A stretch of 32,000 bases of DNA from Synechocystis sp. PCC 6803 substr. PCC-P (GTDB taxonomy: Bacteria; Cyanobacteriota; Cyanobacteriia; Cyanobacteriales; Microcystaceae), in NCBI RefSeq assembly GCF_000284455.1, contig NC_017039.1:1620001-1652000 (forward strand), written 5' to 3'. Made by a program: the position numbers and the translations under genes. The number at the start of each line of letters is the position of its first letter. Within the stretch, counting starts at the first letter, position 1. This document shows, piece by piece, positions 17,409-26,900 of this stretch. The notes under the pieces were generated by a model. It was given only the letters and a program-made list of their open reading frames with translations. It did not search any database and was not told the DNA's origin.

Positions 17409-18275
17409 ATGTTTTTCATGCAAAATACTAAGTCTATTTATATTATCATTCCAGTTCATAATCGTCGAGAAGTTACATTACAATGCTTGACAACTCTAAA
17501 GCTTAACGAGGATTTAGATCAGTATAGGATTGTTGTTGTTGATGACGACTCAACCGATGGCACAAGAGAAGCTGTTAACGCTCAGTTTCCACAGGTAATT
17601 GTTTTAGAAGGAGATGGTAATTTATGGTGGACAGGAGCAGTCAAGATGGGAATGAAATACGCCTACGAACAGGGTGGTGAATTATTTATCTTGCTCAATG
17701 ATGATTGTTATCCTCAAATGGGAACTATTTCTAAATTACTAAAAAAAATCGACGAAAATCCTAATTCAGTTATTGGCGTTCAATGCCTTGATCCAAAAAG
17801 CAAAGAACCAAGCTATGGCGGAATCCTTACAAATAATAATAAATTACAAGTCGTGAAAATTTTCCATACTTTTAATAGCATGACTGATTGCGACGCTTTA
17901 AATGGTAATTTGCTGGCAATTCCTCGTAATATTGTTGATAAAGTTGGCTTTCCTGATGCAAAACGATTTCCTCATCATTTTGGAGATTTTGTTTACACTA
18001 ATCGAATCAAAAAAGAAGGCTATAAACTTTTTTTATGTAATGATATAGTGGCGTTATGCGAATACCATTATAATGGCTTGTCAAAAAAGTCCAGCCAGTT
18101 TAACCGTTTTCAAGAGCTATTTACTCCTACATCTCAATTTTACTGGAAAACAGAAATGAAGGGTTATATCGAGTTATTTGGTATTAAGGGCATAATTATA
18201 TATCTACATAAGCGTTGTTTATTGTCCTCATTAAAAGTGATTTTTTTACTTCTCGATCAAAAACTAACTTTGTGA
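17409..18275 (+). CDS. GT2 family glycosyltransferase
   Basis: It contains IYIIIPVHNRREVTLQCLTTL...IVVVDDDSTDGT and LLNDD. Confidence 0.8.
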   Translation: MFFMQNTKSIYIIIPVHNRREVTLQCLTTLKLNEDLDQYRIVVVDDDSTDGTREAVNAQFPQVIVLEGDGNLWWTGAVKMGMKYAYEQGGELFILLNDDCYPQMGTISKLLKKIDENPNSVIGVQCLDPKSKEPSYGGILTNNNKLQVVKIFHTFNSMTDCDALNGNLLAIPRNIVDKVGFPDAKRFPHHFGDFVYTNRIKKEGYKLFLCNDIVALCEYHYNGLSKKSSQFNRFQELFTPTSQFYWKTEMKGYIELFGIKGIIIYLHKRCLLSSLKVIFLLLDQKLTL

Positions 18276-18304
18276 TACCCCCTACTACAAATCCCTATTC
18301 TATC

Positions 18305-18400
18305 TCCACCGCATCAAAAGCTTAATCAAAGAAATCGGCAAAACTTGGCTACCCTAGCCCCAATTAACCTTGTCTGGCCCATAATTAAACATAGAACTAC
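18305..18400 (+). repeat. Intergenic repeat copy R1
   Basis: The sequence is tccaccgcatcaaaa...cggcaaaacttggctaccctagccccaattaac...atagaactac. It shares most positions with R2 and R3 and contains the hairpin ggcta-ccc-tagcc. Confidence 0.7.
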
Positions 18401-18696
18401 ATCGATTATGGCTCCTGATGTTAACATCAGAGAGAATAATAGAAACCGCATTCCCTCCTAGTAATCCGTCCGATTATTTTAGCAATCCGGTCTTTGCTGA
18501 CCTAGGCAAATTAGGAGAACTATTATCATGAATGAGCTATTGGAATTTACATCGCTAGTCTGGACTATCCTAACGTCAGTGGTGCTGAACACCTAGAGCT
18601 ATTAAATATTCGGGATCAAATTGGAGAAATTGTTAACATATTTAGCCTACGAGAAAAAAGAAAATTACGAGAAGCAGATAAAAAATGTTAATTAAC

Positions 18697-18840
18697 ATGG
18701 CAACTACTTATCAAAAAATTTCTCGCTTTATTGATTTATCTAACTATCGAAATGAGCATGAGATTTCCCCCCATCAATGGTGGTGGTATTTAGATGTTTT
18801 ATCCTTTCTTCCTGATGACATTAGCTCCAATGTAGCCTGA
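18697..18840 (+). CDS. Small hypothetical protein (47 aa)
   Basis: It runs from ATG to TGA and encodes MATTYQKISRFIDLSNYRNEHEISPHQWWWYLDVLSFLPDDISSNVA. It is below the ORF-track cutoff and I recognise no family. Confidence 0.3.
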   Translation: MATTYQKISRFIDLSNYRNEHEISPHQWWWYLDVLSFLPDDISSNVA

Positions 18841-18874
18841 TCAAAAAAACTTAAAACCTAGACCTTTTAGCATT

Positions 18875-18952
18875 GGCGATCAGCAAACTCAGTAAAACCT
18901 GGCTACCCTAGCTCCAATTAACTCTCCCTGTCCCAAGATTAAGATAGAACTG
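18875..18952 (+). repeat. Intergenic repeat copy R2
   Basis: The sequence is ggcgatcagcaaactcagtaaaacctggctaccctagctccaattaactc...agatagaactgc. It ends 20 nt upstream of the 18972 start codon. Confidence 0.7.
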
Positions 18953-18971
18953 CTCTCTCGTTTCCCGTCTC

Positions 18972-19547
18972 ATGGCCACCACCCCCCAAGAAGTCTGGCA
19001 ACTCCTCGGCGAACTTGCCCAGGCCCAAAAAGAAACCGAACGCCTCCTCAAAGAACAGTCCCAAGAAGCGGATCGTCGTTTCCAAGAAACTGAACGACTC
19101 TTAAAAGAACAAAGCCAACGCCTACTTGGCCAACTTGGTAACCGCTTGGGAGAGTTTGTCGAATACCAAGTGCGACCTGCCGCCGTTAGACTGTTCCGGG
19201 AACGGGGCATTGACGTTCATGAAATTTCCACCGACCTATCCGTTCAAAAAAATGGTCAAGGGCTAGAAATTGATCTGTTAGTAGTTAATGGCAATGAGGC
19301 GATCGCCATCGAAGTGAAAAGTAAACTAGACAAGGAAGATGTAGATGAACACCTAGAACGAATGAGTAAATTTAAACGACTCCTACCCCGCTATCAACCT
19401 CTCAAAATACTAGGAGCCGTCGCCGCCATGGTAGTGCCCAACCAGATTGCCAGTTACGCCTACCGTAAAGGACTCTTTGTTATTGCCCAATCTGGCGACG
19501 ATCTGATGATTTTAAATGATGCTAAATTCCGCCCTAAAGCTTGGTAG
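18972..19547 (+). CDS. PD-(D/E)XK nuclease-fold protein with coiled-coil N-terminus (DUF3782-like)
   Basis: EIDLLVVNGNEAIAIEVKS fits a D...E-x-K restriction-endonuclease-like core. The N-terminus carries a duplicated ETERLLKEQSQ unit. Confidence 0.6.
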   Translation: MATTPQEVWQLLGELAQAQKETERLLKEQSQEADRRFQETERLLKEQSQRLLGQLGNRLGEFVEYQVRPAAVRLFRERGIDVHEISTDLSVQKNGQGLEIDLLVVNGNEAIAIEVKSKLDKEDVDEHLERMSKFKRLLPRYQPLKILGAVAAMVVPNQIASYAYRKGLFVIAQSGDDLMILNDAKFRPKAW

Positions 19548-19670
19548 TCCACCGTCTCAAAATAATGAATTTCCATCTGCCTCAGCTTTTACCCTCGGCG
19601 ATCGACAAACTCGGCAAAACTTGGTTGCCCTAGCCCGTTCCTACCCAGCCCAGAATGGAAATAGACCTAC
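19548..19670 (+). repeat. Intergenic repeat copy R3
   Basis: The sequence is tccaccgtctcaaaa...ggcgatcgacaaactcggcaaaacttggttgccctagccc...aaatagacctac. It starts immediately after the 19547 stop codon. Confidence 0.65.
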
Positions 19671-19813
19671 TGATGGGGGGTTTTCGGTAAAAAAGCTACA
19701 CTAAACTAAGACTAAGGCTAGGCATCACCATATAACAAAACCAACTTAACTGGAATCACCCAAATTCAGCCCAAATGCTGTAACAACAACCAATAACTAA
19801 TTTCCTAAAAACG

Positions 19814-20266
19814 ATGATTTCTAACCCTTCTGTCCCAAGCCTTTATGAAGACGATTATGTCGCTTGGTTAGATACTACCCTTAACCAACTTAAAAACCAT
19901 GACATCGAACAGCTTGACTGGGACAATTTAACTGAGGAAATAGAAGCATTGGGACGGGAACAACGCCACAAAGTCGAAAGTTATTTACTCCGACTACTGA
20001 TTCATTTACTACTTTATCAATATTGGCACTCTGAAAAAGAATGGTCAGGGAAAGGTTGGGAAAAAGAAATTGATAACTTTCGCTTAGAACTAGATCTACT
20101 GCTAGAGTCCAAAGTCCTCTTTAATCATCTCACGACAATTCTGGAGAAGGATTATCAAAAAGCCCGCAAAAGTGCCATTCGCAAATCAAAATTGTCCCCT
20201 GAAATATTTCCATTGGCTTGTCCCTATATCCTAGAACAAATCCTCGATCCCGACTGGCTACCTTAA
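19814..20266 (+). CDS. DUF29 family protein
   Basis: It contains LYEDDYVAWLDTTLNQLKNHDIEQLDWDNLTEEIEALGREQRHKVESYLLRLLIHLL, the classic cyanobacterial DUF29 pattern. Confidence 0.8.
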   Translation: MISNPSVPSLYEDDYVAWLDTTLNQLKNHDIEQLDWDNLTEEIEALGREQRHKVESYLLRLLIHLLLYQYWHSEKEWSGKGWEKEIDNFRLELDLLLESKVLFNHLTTILEKDYQKARKSAIRKSKLSPEIFPLACPYILEQILDPDWLP

Positions 20267-20305
20267 CAATTGAAAAAGTCATTTACTCCCATTGAAAAAT
20301 TGGTA

Positions 20306-21235
20306 CTACGTCAAAGAAAACAACCCTCTCAAAAATCGCCATTTAACTGGACAGGACAACGACTTCAACTCCGGTAAATCAAACAATCCCATCACCTGTT
20401 TAAACTCCCGCCAGCGCCGCCGCCGCAATTGTCGCCACGCCCCCGCCAAAATATATTGATGAAAGAATAATCCTTTGCAAAACTCGATATCCCTTGTCGT
20501 CAAAATATTTAACTTCTCCAATTCCCCAAACAACCTCAGCAAAATATTCACCGTTTCTCCATGAAATGACCCCATGGTGAGTGCTTGGCCATGTACCCGA
20601 TAGGCCACCGTGGCTTCCCGACAGCAATACACTCCATACCGGGCAAACAGCCGCATCCACATTTCCAGATCACAGGGTTCCCGCCAGTCCGGATTGAAAT
20701 AACCCACCTCCGTGAATAAGTCCCGTCTAATTACCATGGCCGGGAAACGGACAAACGAAGAATCTGAAAAAAGCCGTATTAATGCATCGTGGGGGGGCAA
20801 AAGTTTATCTTGTCTAAACCCTTGCCGTTTCACGACCCGTTCTTGGGCATCCACCACCCGGACTCCAAATAATAAAACTGGGGATGAGCTCCCCAACTGC
20901 CGCAACTTATTGACCAGCAGACCTAATCCCTGGGGCAAAAAAAAGTCATCGTCGTGGAGAACCATCACATATTGCCCCGTTGCCCATTGAATAGCCCGGT
21001 TCCAGTTCTGGGCCATGCCCAACGGTTGTTGATGGTGTTCATAGCACCAAGATCCCGACCAATTTTTTAACACCTCACTGGCGATCGCCTGGCCCTGATC
21101 AGTGTCGGAATCATCGGTAATTACTATTTCTATATCACTCCCTTCACCCACGGCGATAGACTCCAAACCCCGCTGGAGCCAGTTAGGGCGGTTATAGGCA
21201 GGAATACAAATACTTAACAAAGGTGCTTCAAGCAT
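20306..21235 (-). CDS. GT2 family glycosyltransferase
   Basis: It contains LSICIPAYNRPNWLQRGLESI...IEIVITDDSDTD and LHDDD. Confidence 0.8.
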   Translation of the reverse strand: MLEAPLLSICIPAYNRPNWLQRGLESIAVGEGSDIEIVITDDSDTDQGQAIASEVLKNWSGSWCYEHHQQPLGMAQNWNRAIQWATGQYVMVLHDDDFFLPQGLGLLVNKLRQLGSSSPVLLFGVRVVDAQERVVKRQGFRQDKLLPPHDALIRLFSDSSFVRFPAMVIRRDLFTEVGYFNPDWREPCDLEMWMRLFARYGVYCCREATVAYRVHGQALTMGSFHGETVNILLRLFGELEKLNILTTRDIEFCKGLFFHQYILAGAWRQLRRRRWREFKQVMGLFDLPELKSLSCPVKWRFLRGLFSLT

Positions 21236-21315
21236 CGCTTTCCTTTTTCCTCGTCCGCCCCATCCATAGCCAAGCTCTCTGAAATTCGGACCAATCTATT
21301 GCCGAGATTATGGCC

Positions 21316-22299
21316 CTAGTCCTGTAGCCAGCGGGCCGCATCCTTAGCATGGTAGGTCAAAATCAAATCTGCCCCGGCCCGTTTAAAGCTGGTGAGGGTT
21401 TCCAGGGTAACTTTTTGTTCGTCAATCCAACCGTTTAGGGCGGCCGCCTTCACCATGGAATACTCCCCAGACACGTTATAGGCCGCCACTGGTAAATTGG
21501 TCATTTCCTTAATGCGCCAAATAATATCCATATAGGACAAAGCCGGTTTGACCATCACCATATCCGCCCCCTCTAGCAAATCCAACTCCACTTCTTTCAA
21601 CGCTTCCCGACTATTGCCTGGATCCATTTGGTAGGTCCGGCGATCGCCGAATTGGGGAGAGGAATCCGCCGCATCCCGGAAGGGGCCGTAATAGGCCGAA
21701 GCATACTTAGCCGCGTAGGACAGAATGGGAATATTTTGGAAATCATGGTCATCCAAGGCTTCCCGAATCGCCTGGACAAAACCATCCATCATCCCCGAGG
21801 GAGCAATGACATCTGCCCCAGCATTAGCTTGGGAAACAGCGGTTTTTTTCAACAATTCCAAGGTGGGGTCGTTCAATACCCGGCCGGTCAAATCCCCCGT
21901 TTCCAGATAGCCACAGTGGCCATGGTTGGTATATTCACACAAACAGGTATCGACAATTACCACCAAATCTGGCACCGCTTTTTTCACCGCTTCCGTCGCC
22001 TTTTGGACAATGCCGCAATCATGCCAAGCTCCCGTGGCATCGGTATCCTTATCTTCGGGAATACCAAACAGAATAATGGCCGGAATGCCTAAATCCCGTA
22101 CTTCTTTAGCTTCGTCAACAATTTTATCCACCGACAGTTGGTACACTCCAGGCATGGAAACTACTTCCTTGGCAATGGCATTACCAGGAACGGCAAACAA
22201 GGGATAGATCAAATCATTGACGGTGAGGGTATTTTCCCTGACCATGCGGCGAAGAACATCAGTTTGGCGCAGGCGACGGGGACGGATGGTGGGAAACAT
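21316..22299 (-). CDS. hemB: Porphobilinogen synthase (delta-aminolevulinic acid dehydratase)
   Basis: It has the cysteine-rich metal site [14 protein letters not shown] and the Schiff-base lysine region [12 protein letters not shown]. The length of 327 aa is typical for ALAD. Confidence 0.95.
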   Translation of the reverse strand: MFPTIRPRRLRQTDVLRRMVRENTLTVNDLIYPLFAVPGNAIAKEVVSMPGVYQLSVDKIVDEAKEVRDLGIPAIILFGIPEDKDTDATGAWHDCGIVQKATEAVKKAVPDLVVIVDTCLCEYTNHGHCGYLETGDLTGRVLNDPTLELLKKTAVSQANAGADVIAPSGMMDGFVQAIREALDDHDFQNIPILSYAAKYASAYYGPFRDAADSSPQFGDRRTYQMDPGNSREALKEVELDLLEGADMVMVKPALSYMDIIWRIKEMTNLPVAAYNVSGEYSMVKAAALNGWIDEQKVTLETLTSFKRAGADLILTYHAKDAARWLQD

Positions 22300-22529
22300 A
22301 ATGGTGCCTAAATATTTTGCTTAATGGATTTTTTTAAAGTTTTTAAAGTAAAAGTTCAGCCTTAGGGATTAGTTAGTGCTTGATTAACGTTGCTAATTGA
22401 CTAGTTTTTGCCCCCAAGAACTGGTTAAGGTGCCAAATTCCGGCAATGGTTTGAAGCAGAATTCGGTCAGCCCTGGGGAAAAGCCTGGCAACCCAACCCA
22501 GACCAGTTCTCAGTTAACCTGAAGATGGG

Positions 22530-22628
22530 TTAGATCAGCTTGACAAACCGCAGACCGTAAAGCAGACCAAGGGTGACCCCGGTAAAAACAGCAATATAAC
22601 CAATAAAAATGCCTACACCAGCGGCCAT
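22530..22628 (-). CDS. petL: Cytochrome b6f complex subunit PetL (32 aa)
   Basis: [32 protein letters not shown] is a single TM helix ending in the KLI tail typical of PetL. It is the C-terminal part of tracked ORF 22530-22754. Confidence 0.7.
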   Translation of the reverse strand: MAAGVGIFIGYIAVFTGVTLGLLYGLRFVKLI

Positions 22629-22709
22629 AATTTTGTTCCTCGCTTTGATAAAAACGTTGTAATTGTTTGCTATTGTACGATCCAGCGCCACCGATTGAAC
22701 CAGCAACTT

Positions 22710-23795
22710 ATGGCCACCACTATCCCCGTTCCCCTGCCCCAGTCCCCCTATCAAGTACAGATTGTGCCGGGAGGATTAGCGGCAATTGCCGACCATTTAG
22801 CTCCCCTTGGTTTGGGCAAAAAAATTATGGTGGTGTCCAATCCGGAAATTTATGACTACTACGGCGAAGTAGTGATCCAAGCCTTACAAAGGGCTGGCTA
22901 TGAAGTTTTTCAGCATTTAATTCCCGCTGGGGAAACCCATAAAACCCTGGCTTCCATTAATGAGCTTTACGATGTCGCTTTCCAGGCCAATTTGGAGCGG
23001 AATTCCACCCTGCTGTCCCTGGGGGGAGGTGTCATCGGTGATATGACGGGGTTTGGGGCGGCCACTTGGCTCCGGGGCATTAATTTTGTTCAGGTACCCA
23101 CTTCCTTGCTAGCCATGGTGGATGCTTCCATTGGCGGCAAAACGGGGGTGAACCATCCCCAGGGCAAAAATTTAATTGGTGCTTTTTACCAGCCGCGCTT
23201 GGTGTATATTGACCCCGTTGTGTTAAAAACCCTACCGGAACGGGAATTTCGGGCAGGGATGGCGGAGGTAATTAAATACGGAGTGATTTGGGATTCAGAA
23301 TTATTCACAGCCCTAGAAGAAGCGGAAGATTTGTCTAGCATCGATCGCCTGCCGGACGAATTATTAACCAAAATCATCCAACGTTCCTGCCAAGCTAAAG
23401 TGGATGTGGTCAGCCAAGACGAAAAGGAAGCGGGATTACGGGCCATCCTCAACTACGGTCATACTGTCGGCCATGGGGTGGAAAGTCTAACGGGCTATGG
23501 AGTGATTAACCACGGGGAAGCAGTGGCCATTGGCATGGAAGCGGCGGCCAAAATTGCCCATTACCTAGGACTTTGTGACCAATCCCTCGGCGATCGCCAA
23601 CGGCAATTATTGCTTAAAACTAAATTACCCACGGAGATGCCCCCAACCCTGGCGGTGGAGAACTTGCTAGCGAGTTTACTACACGACAAAAAAGTCAAAG
23701 CGGGCAAGGTTCGTTTCATTCTCCCCACGGCGATCGGGCAAGTAACTATCAGTGATGCTGTCACCGACGAAGTTATTAAGGCAACCCTAGGCTAA
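22710..23795 (+). CDS. aroB: 3-dehydroquinate synthase
   Basis: It contains [44 protein letters not shown] and [12 protein letters not shown] prefer the ATG at 22710 over the tracked TTG at 22695. Confidence 0.93.
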   Translation: MATTIPVPLPQSPYQVQIVPGGLAAIADHLAPLGLGKKIMVVSNPEIYDYYGEVVIQALQRAGYEVFQHLIPAGETHKTLASINELYDVAFQANLERNSTLLSLGGGVIGDMTGFGAATWLRGINFVQVPTSLLAMVDASIGGKTGVNHPQGKNLIGAFYQPRLVYIDPVVLKTLPEREFRAGMAEVIKYGVIWDSELFTALEEAEDLSSIDRLPDELLTKIIQRSCQAKVDVVSQDEKEAGLRAILNYGHTVGHGVESLTGYGVINHGEAVAIGMEAAAKIAHYLGLCDQSLGDRQRQLLLKTKLPTEMPPTLAVENLLASLLHDKKVKAGKVRFILPTAIGQVTISDAVTDEVIKATLG

Positions 23796-23850
23796 TAAGT
23801 AAAACTGTAATCCTGGGGGACTGAAGATCAGCCCAAGGTGGGGTTAGGCA

Positions 23851-23872
23851 ATTGTTAAAGATATGTAACAAT
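23851..23872. promoter_or_regulatory. Perfect 7-bp inverted repeat upstream of the RND gene (possible operator)
   Basis: ATTGTTA (23851-23857), 8 nt, TAACAAT (23866-23872). It ends 60 nt upstream of the 23933 start codon. Confidence 0.25.
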
Positions 23873-23932
23873 GTGGCAGAGTCGGCTGGAGATTGAGCCA
23901 GTCTGTGCCAACCAATCGCCTTTTTCCCCGCC

Positions 23933-26900
23933 ATGTTCGTTGATTTTTTCATTAAGCGCCCTGTTTTCTCCAGCGTTTGCGCCATCATCATTTTGCTGGT
24001 GGGGACGATTAGCATTTTTAGCTTACCGATCGCCCAATTTCCGGAAGTAGCCCCAACCACCATTCAGGTTAGTTCCAACTACAGCGGGGCCAATGCGGAA
24101 GTGGTGGAAAGGGCCGTCACCGACATTTTGGAGCGGCAGATCAACGGGGTGCAGGGGATGAGGTACATTTCCTCTACCAGCAGTAACGATGGCACCAGTA
24201 GCATCACCGTCACCTTTGACCGGAGCCAGAATAAGGACATTGCCGCCGTCGATGTGCAAAACCGCGTGGCTCTGGCAGAACCGCAACTGCCGGAAGCAGT
24301 GAGAAGAACGGGGATCAGGGTTAATAAAGAATCCAACGCCCTACTGTTGGGCATCGGCATCACTAGCCCCGATGGCGAGTACGACAACGTTTTTTTGAGC
24401 AACTACGCCGATCGCTATCTGGTGGATCCCATCCGTCGGCTGGAAGGAGTGGGGGATGTACGGATTTTTGGGGAAAGGCTCTATGCCATGCGCCTCTGGG
24501 TAGATCCAATGAAATTAGCGGCCCAGCAGTTGACCATGGCGGACCTGAGTCGAGCTTTGCAGGAACAGAATTTACAGGTGGGGGCTGGACAGATTGGAGC
24601 AGAACCAGCACCCCCAGGTCAAGAATATCAATTGGACTTGCTCGCCAGTAGTCAATTAGTAGAAGTAAAAGATTTTGAGGACTTAATTGTTAAATCCGGG
24701 GCCAGCGGCTCTGTGGTTAGATTCAAAGATATCGGTCGGGTGGAATTGGGGGCCCAAAACTACAATAGTTTTTTACGCTTTCGGGGCGACGAAGCGGTGG
24801 GGCTAGGTATTTACCAATTGCTGGATAGTAATGCGTTGGAAGTAGCCCGTTTGGTGAAAGACGAAATGGCCCGTTTGGCTCAAAACTTTCCCGAAGGTAT
24901 TGAATACAGCGTTGCCTTTGATACCACGGAATTTGTGCAGGAGTCCCTCTCGGAGGTGGTGGAAACCCTGCTCATTGCCGTCGTTCTGGTAATCCTGGTA
25001 ATTTTGGTCTTTCTGCAAGACTGGCGATCGGCCTTAATTCCCGCTTTAACCATTCCCCTGGCTTTAATTGGTACTTTTGCCTTTGTCAAAGTCTTTAACT
25101 TTTCCATTAACAGTTTGACCCTGTTCGGTTTAACTCTGGCAACAGGGTTGGTGGTGGACGATGCCATCATTGTGGTGGAGCAAATTAGCCGTTTTATCAA
25201 AGTTAAACACGAAGATCCCCAAGAAGCGGCCCAGGAGGCCATGGGGGAACTGACGGGGGCGGTCATTGCCACTTCTTTGGTATTGATGGCAGTGTTTATT
25301 CCAGTGGCCTTTTTTCCTGGAACGACGGGGGCTTTATATCAACAATTTGCCCTTACCATTGCTTTTTCCATTCTTCTATCTACTTTCCTGGCCTTGACGC
25401 TGACCCCTTCCCTCTGCGCCCTGTTACTGCGGGAAGGCCAAGAACCACCGGCCTTTATTGCCGGATTTTTCAACTGGTTTAACCGGGTACTAGACATTAT
25501 CAAAAACGGTTATGGCAATGTGTTGGGCAAATTAGTCAATCTGCGGGCATGGGTAATTGGCGTATTTGTTCTGTTACTTGGGGCCACCGCTTGGTTGTAC
25601 GTCACTGTGCCCACTGCCTTTTTACCGGAGGAAGACCAGGGTTATTTCATCACCATTATCCAAGCTCCCCAGGGGGTTTCCCTGCAATACACCAGTAGGG
25701 TAATGGCCCAGGTGGAAAAGGAATTGCTAGCGGTGCCAGAAGTGACGGCGACCTTTGCAGTGGGAGGATTTAGTTTTAGTGGTAATAGCCCCAACCAAGG
25801 GATTATTTTTACCCGGCTCAAACCTTGGGGGGAACGGACTGCTCCTAATCAATCGGTGCAGGCCATCATCGGTCAGATGTTTGGTAAATTTTCCCAAATT
25901 CCCGAAGCCAATATCATTCCCATTAACCCACCTCCTATAAGGGGTTTGGGGCAATTTGGTGGGTTTGATTTCCAGTTACAGGATTTACGGGTGAATAGTG
26001 AACTGGACACCATGGTGGGCACGATGGGGGAAATCCTGGGGGCGGCCAACCAAAATCCGGCTTTAACCAGGGTATTTAGTACTTTCCAAGCTAATAATCC
26101 CCAGTTAATTGTCAATGTCAACCGCAACAAGGCTAAAAGCTTGGGGGTGCCGGTGGACCAAATTTTCCAAACCATGGAAACGGCGTTGGGTTCGAGCTAT
26201 GTGAACGACTTTGTTCTGCAGGGCCGCACCTATCGGGTTTACCTCCAGGCCGATGAGCAGTTCCGCAGTAGCCCGGAGGATATTAATAGCCTTTATGTTC
26301 GCAGTGAGTCCGGCACCATGATTCCCATGGCTAATTTGGTCACTGTGACCCAGGGGGTGGGGGCACCAATTATTACCCATTACAATCTCTTCCGCTCGAT
26401 CGCCATTACGGGGTCAGCTAACTTTGGGGTGAGTACGGGGCAAGCCATGAATGCCATGGCGGCGATCGCCCGACAGGTCATGCCACCGGGGTTTGATTTC
26501 CAATGGTCGGGTATTTCTTTGGAGGAAATGGGTTCCCAGGGCCAGGCTCCCCTAATTTTTGGCTTAGGTTTGCTGTTTGTATTTTTGGTACTGGCGGCTC
26601 AGTATGAAAACTACATTGACCCGGTGATTATTCTGCTCAGCGTCCCCCTGGCTATTTTGGGAGCTTTAACGGCCCAAAGTTTACGGGGTTTCCCCAATGA
26701 CGTGTACTGCCAAATTGGTTTGGTGATGTTGATTGGTCTTTCCAGTAAAAACGCCATTTTAATTGTGGAGTTTGCTAACCAGTTACGGGCGGAGGGTTAT
26801 CCCATTGCTAAAGCTGCCCTGGAAGCATCAAAGGATCGTCTCCGCCCCATTTTAATGACCGCCCTTTCCACTCTATTTGGTATTTTTCCCTTGGCGATCG

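Noticed and set aside
18305-19670. The three R repeats considered as a CRISPR array.
   Set aside because: There are only three copies. They are imperfect, at roughly 70-80% identity by eye. Their spacing of 570-670 bp is irregular, and protein-coding sequence lies between them.
19516-19704. A 62-codon ORF overlapping the end of the PD-(D/E)XK gene and repeat R3.
   Set aside because: It spans a repeated non-coding module, has no start-site context and has no recognisable protein features.
22300-22529. The hemB-petL intergenic region, with the direct repeat tttttaaag x2 near 22331-22350, considered as a possible small RNA or tRNA locus.
   Set aside because: I could find no tRNA-like T-arm or acceptor pattern and no convincing stem-loop plus T-run. 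The repeat is a short AT-rich sequence, plausibly just part of the hemB promoter.
22530-22754. The 74-codon version of the ORF containing petL.
   Set aside because: Its upstream 42 codons run back across the aroB start region and look non-protein-like ([12 protein letters not shown]). The internal ATG at 22628 gives the canonical 32-aa PetL.
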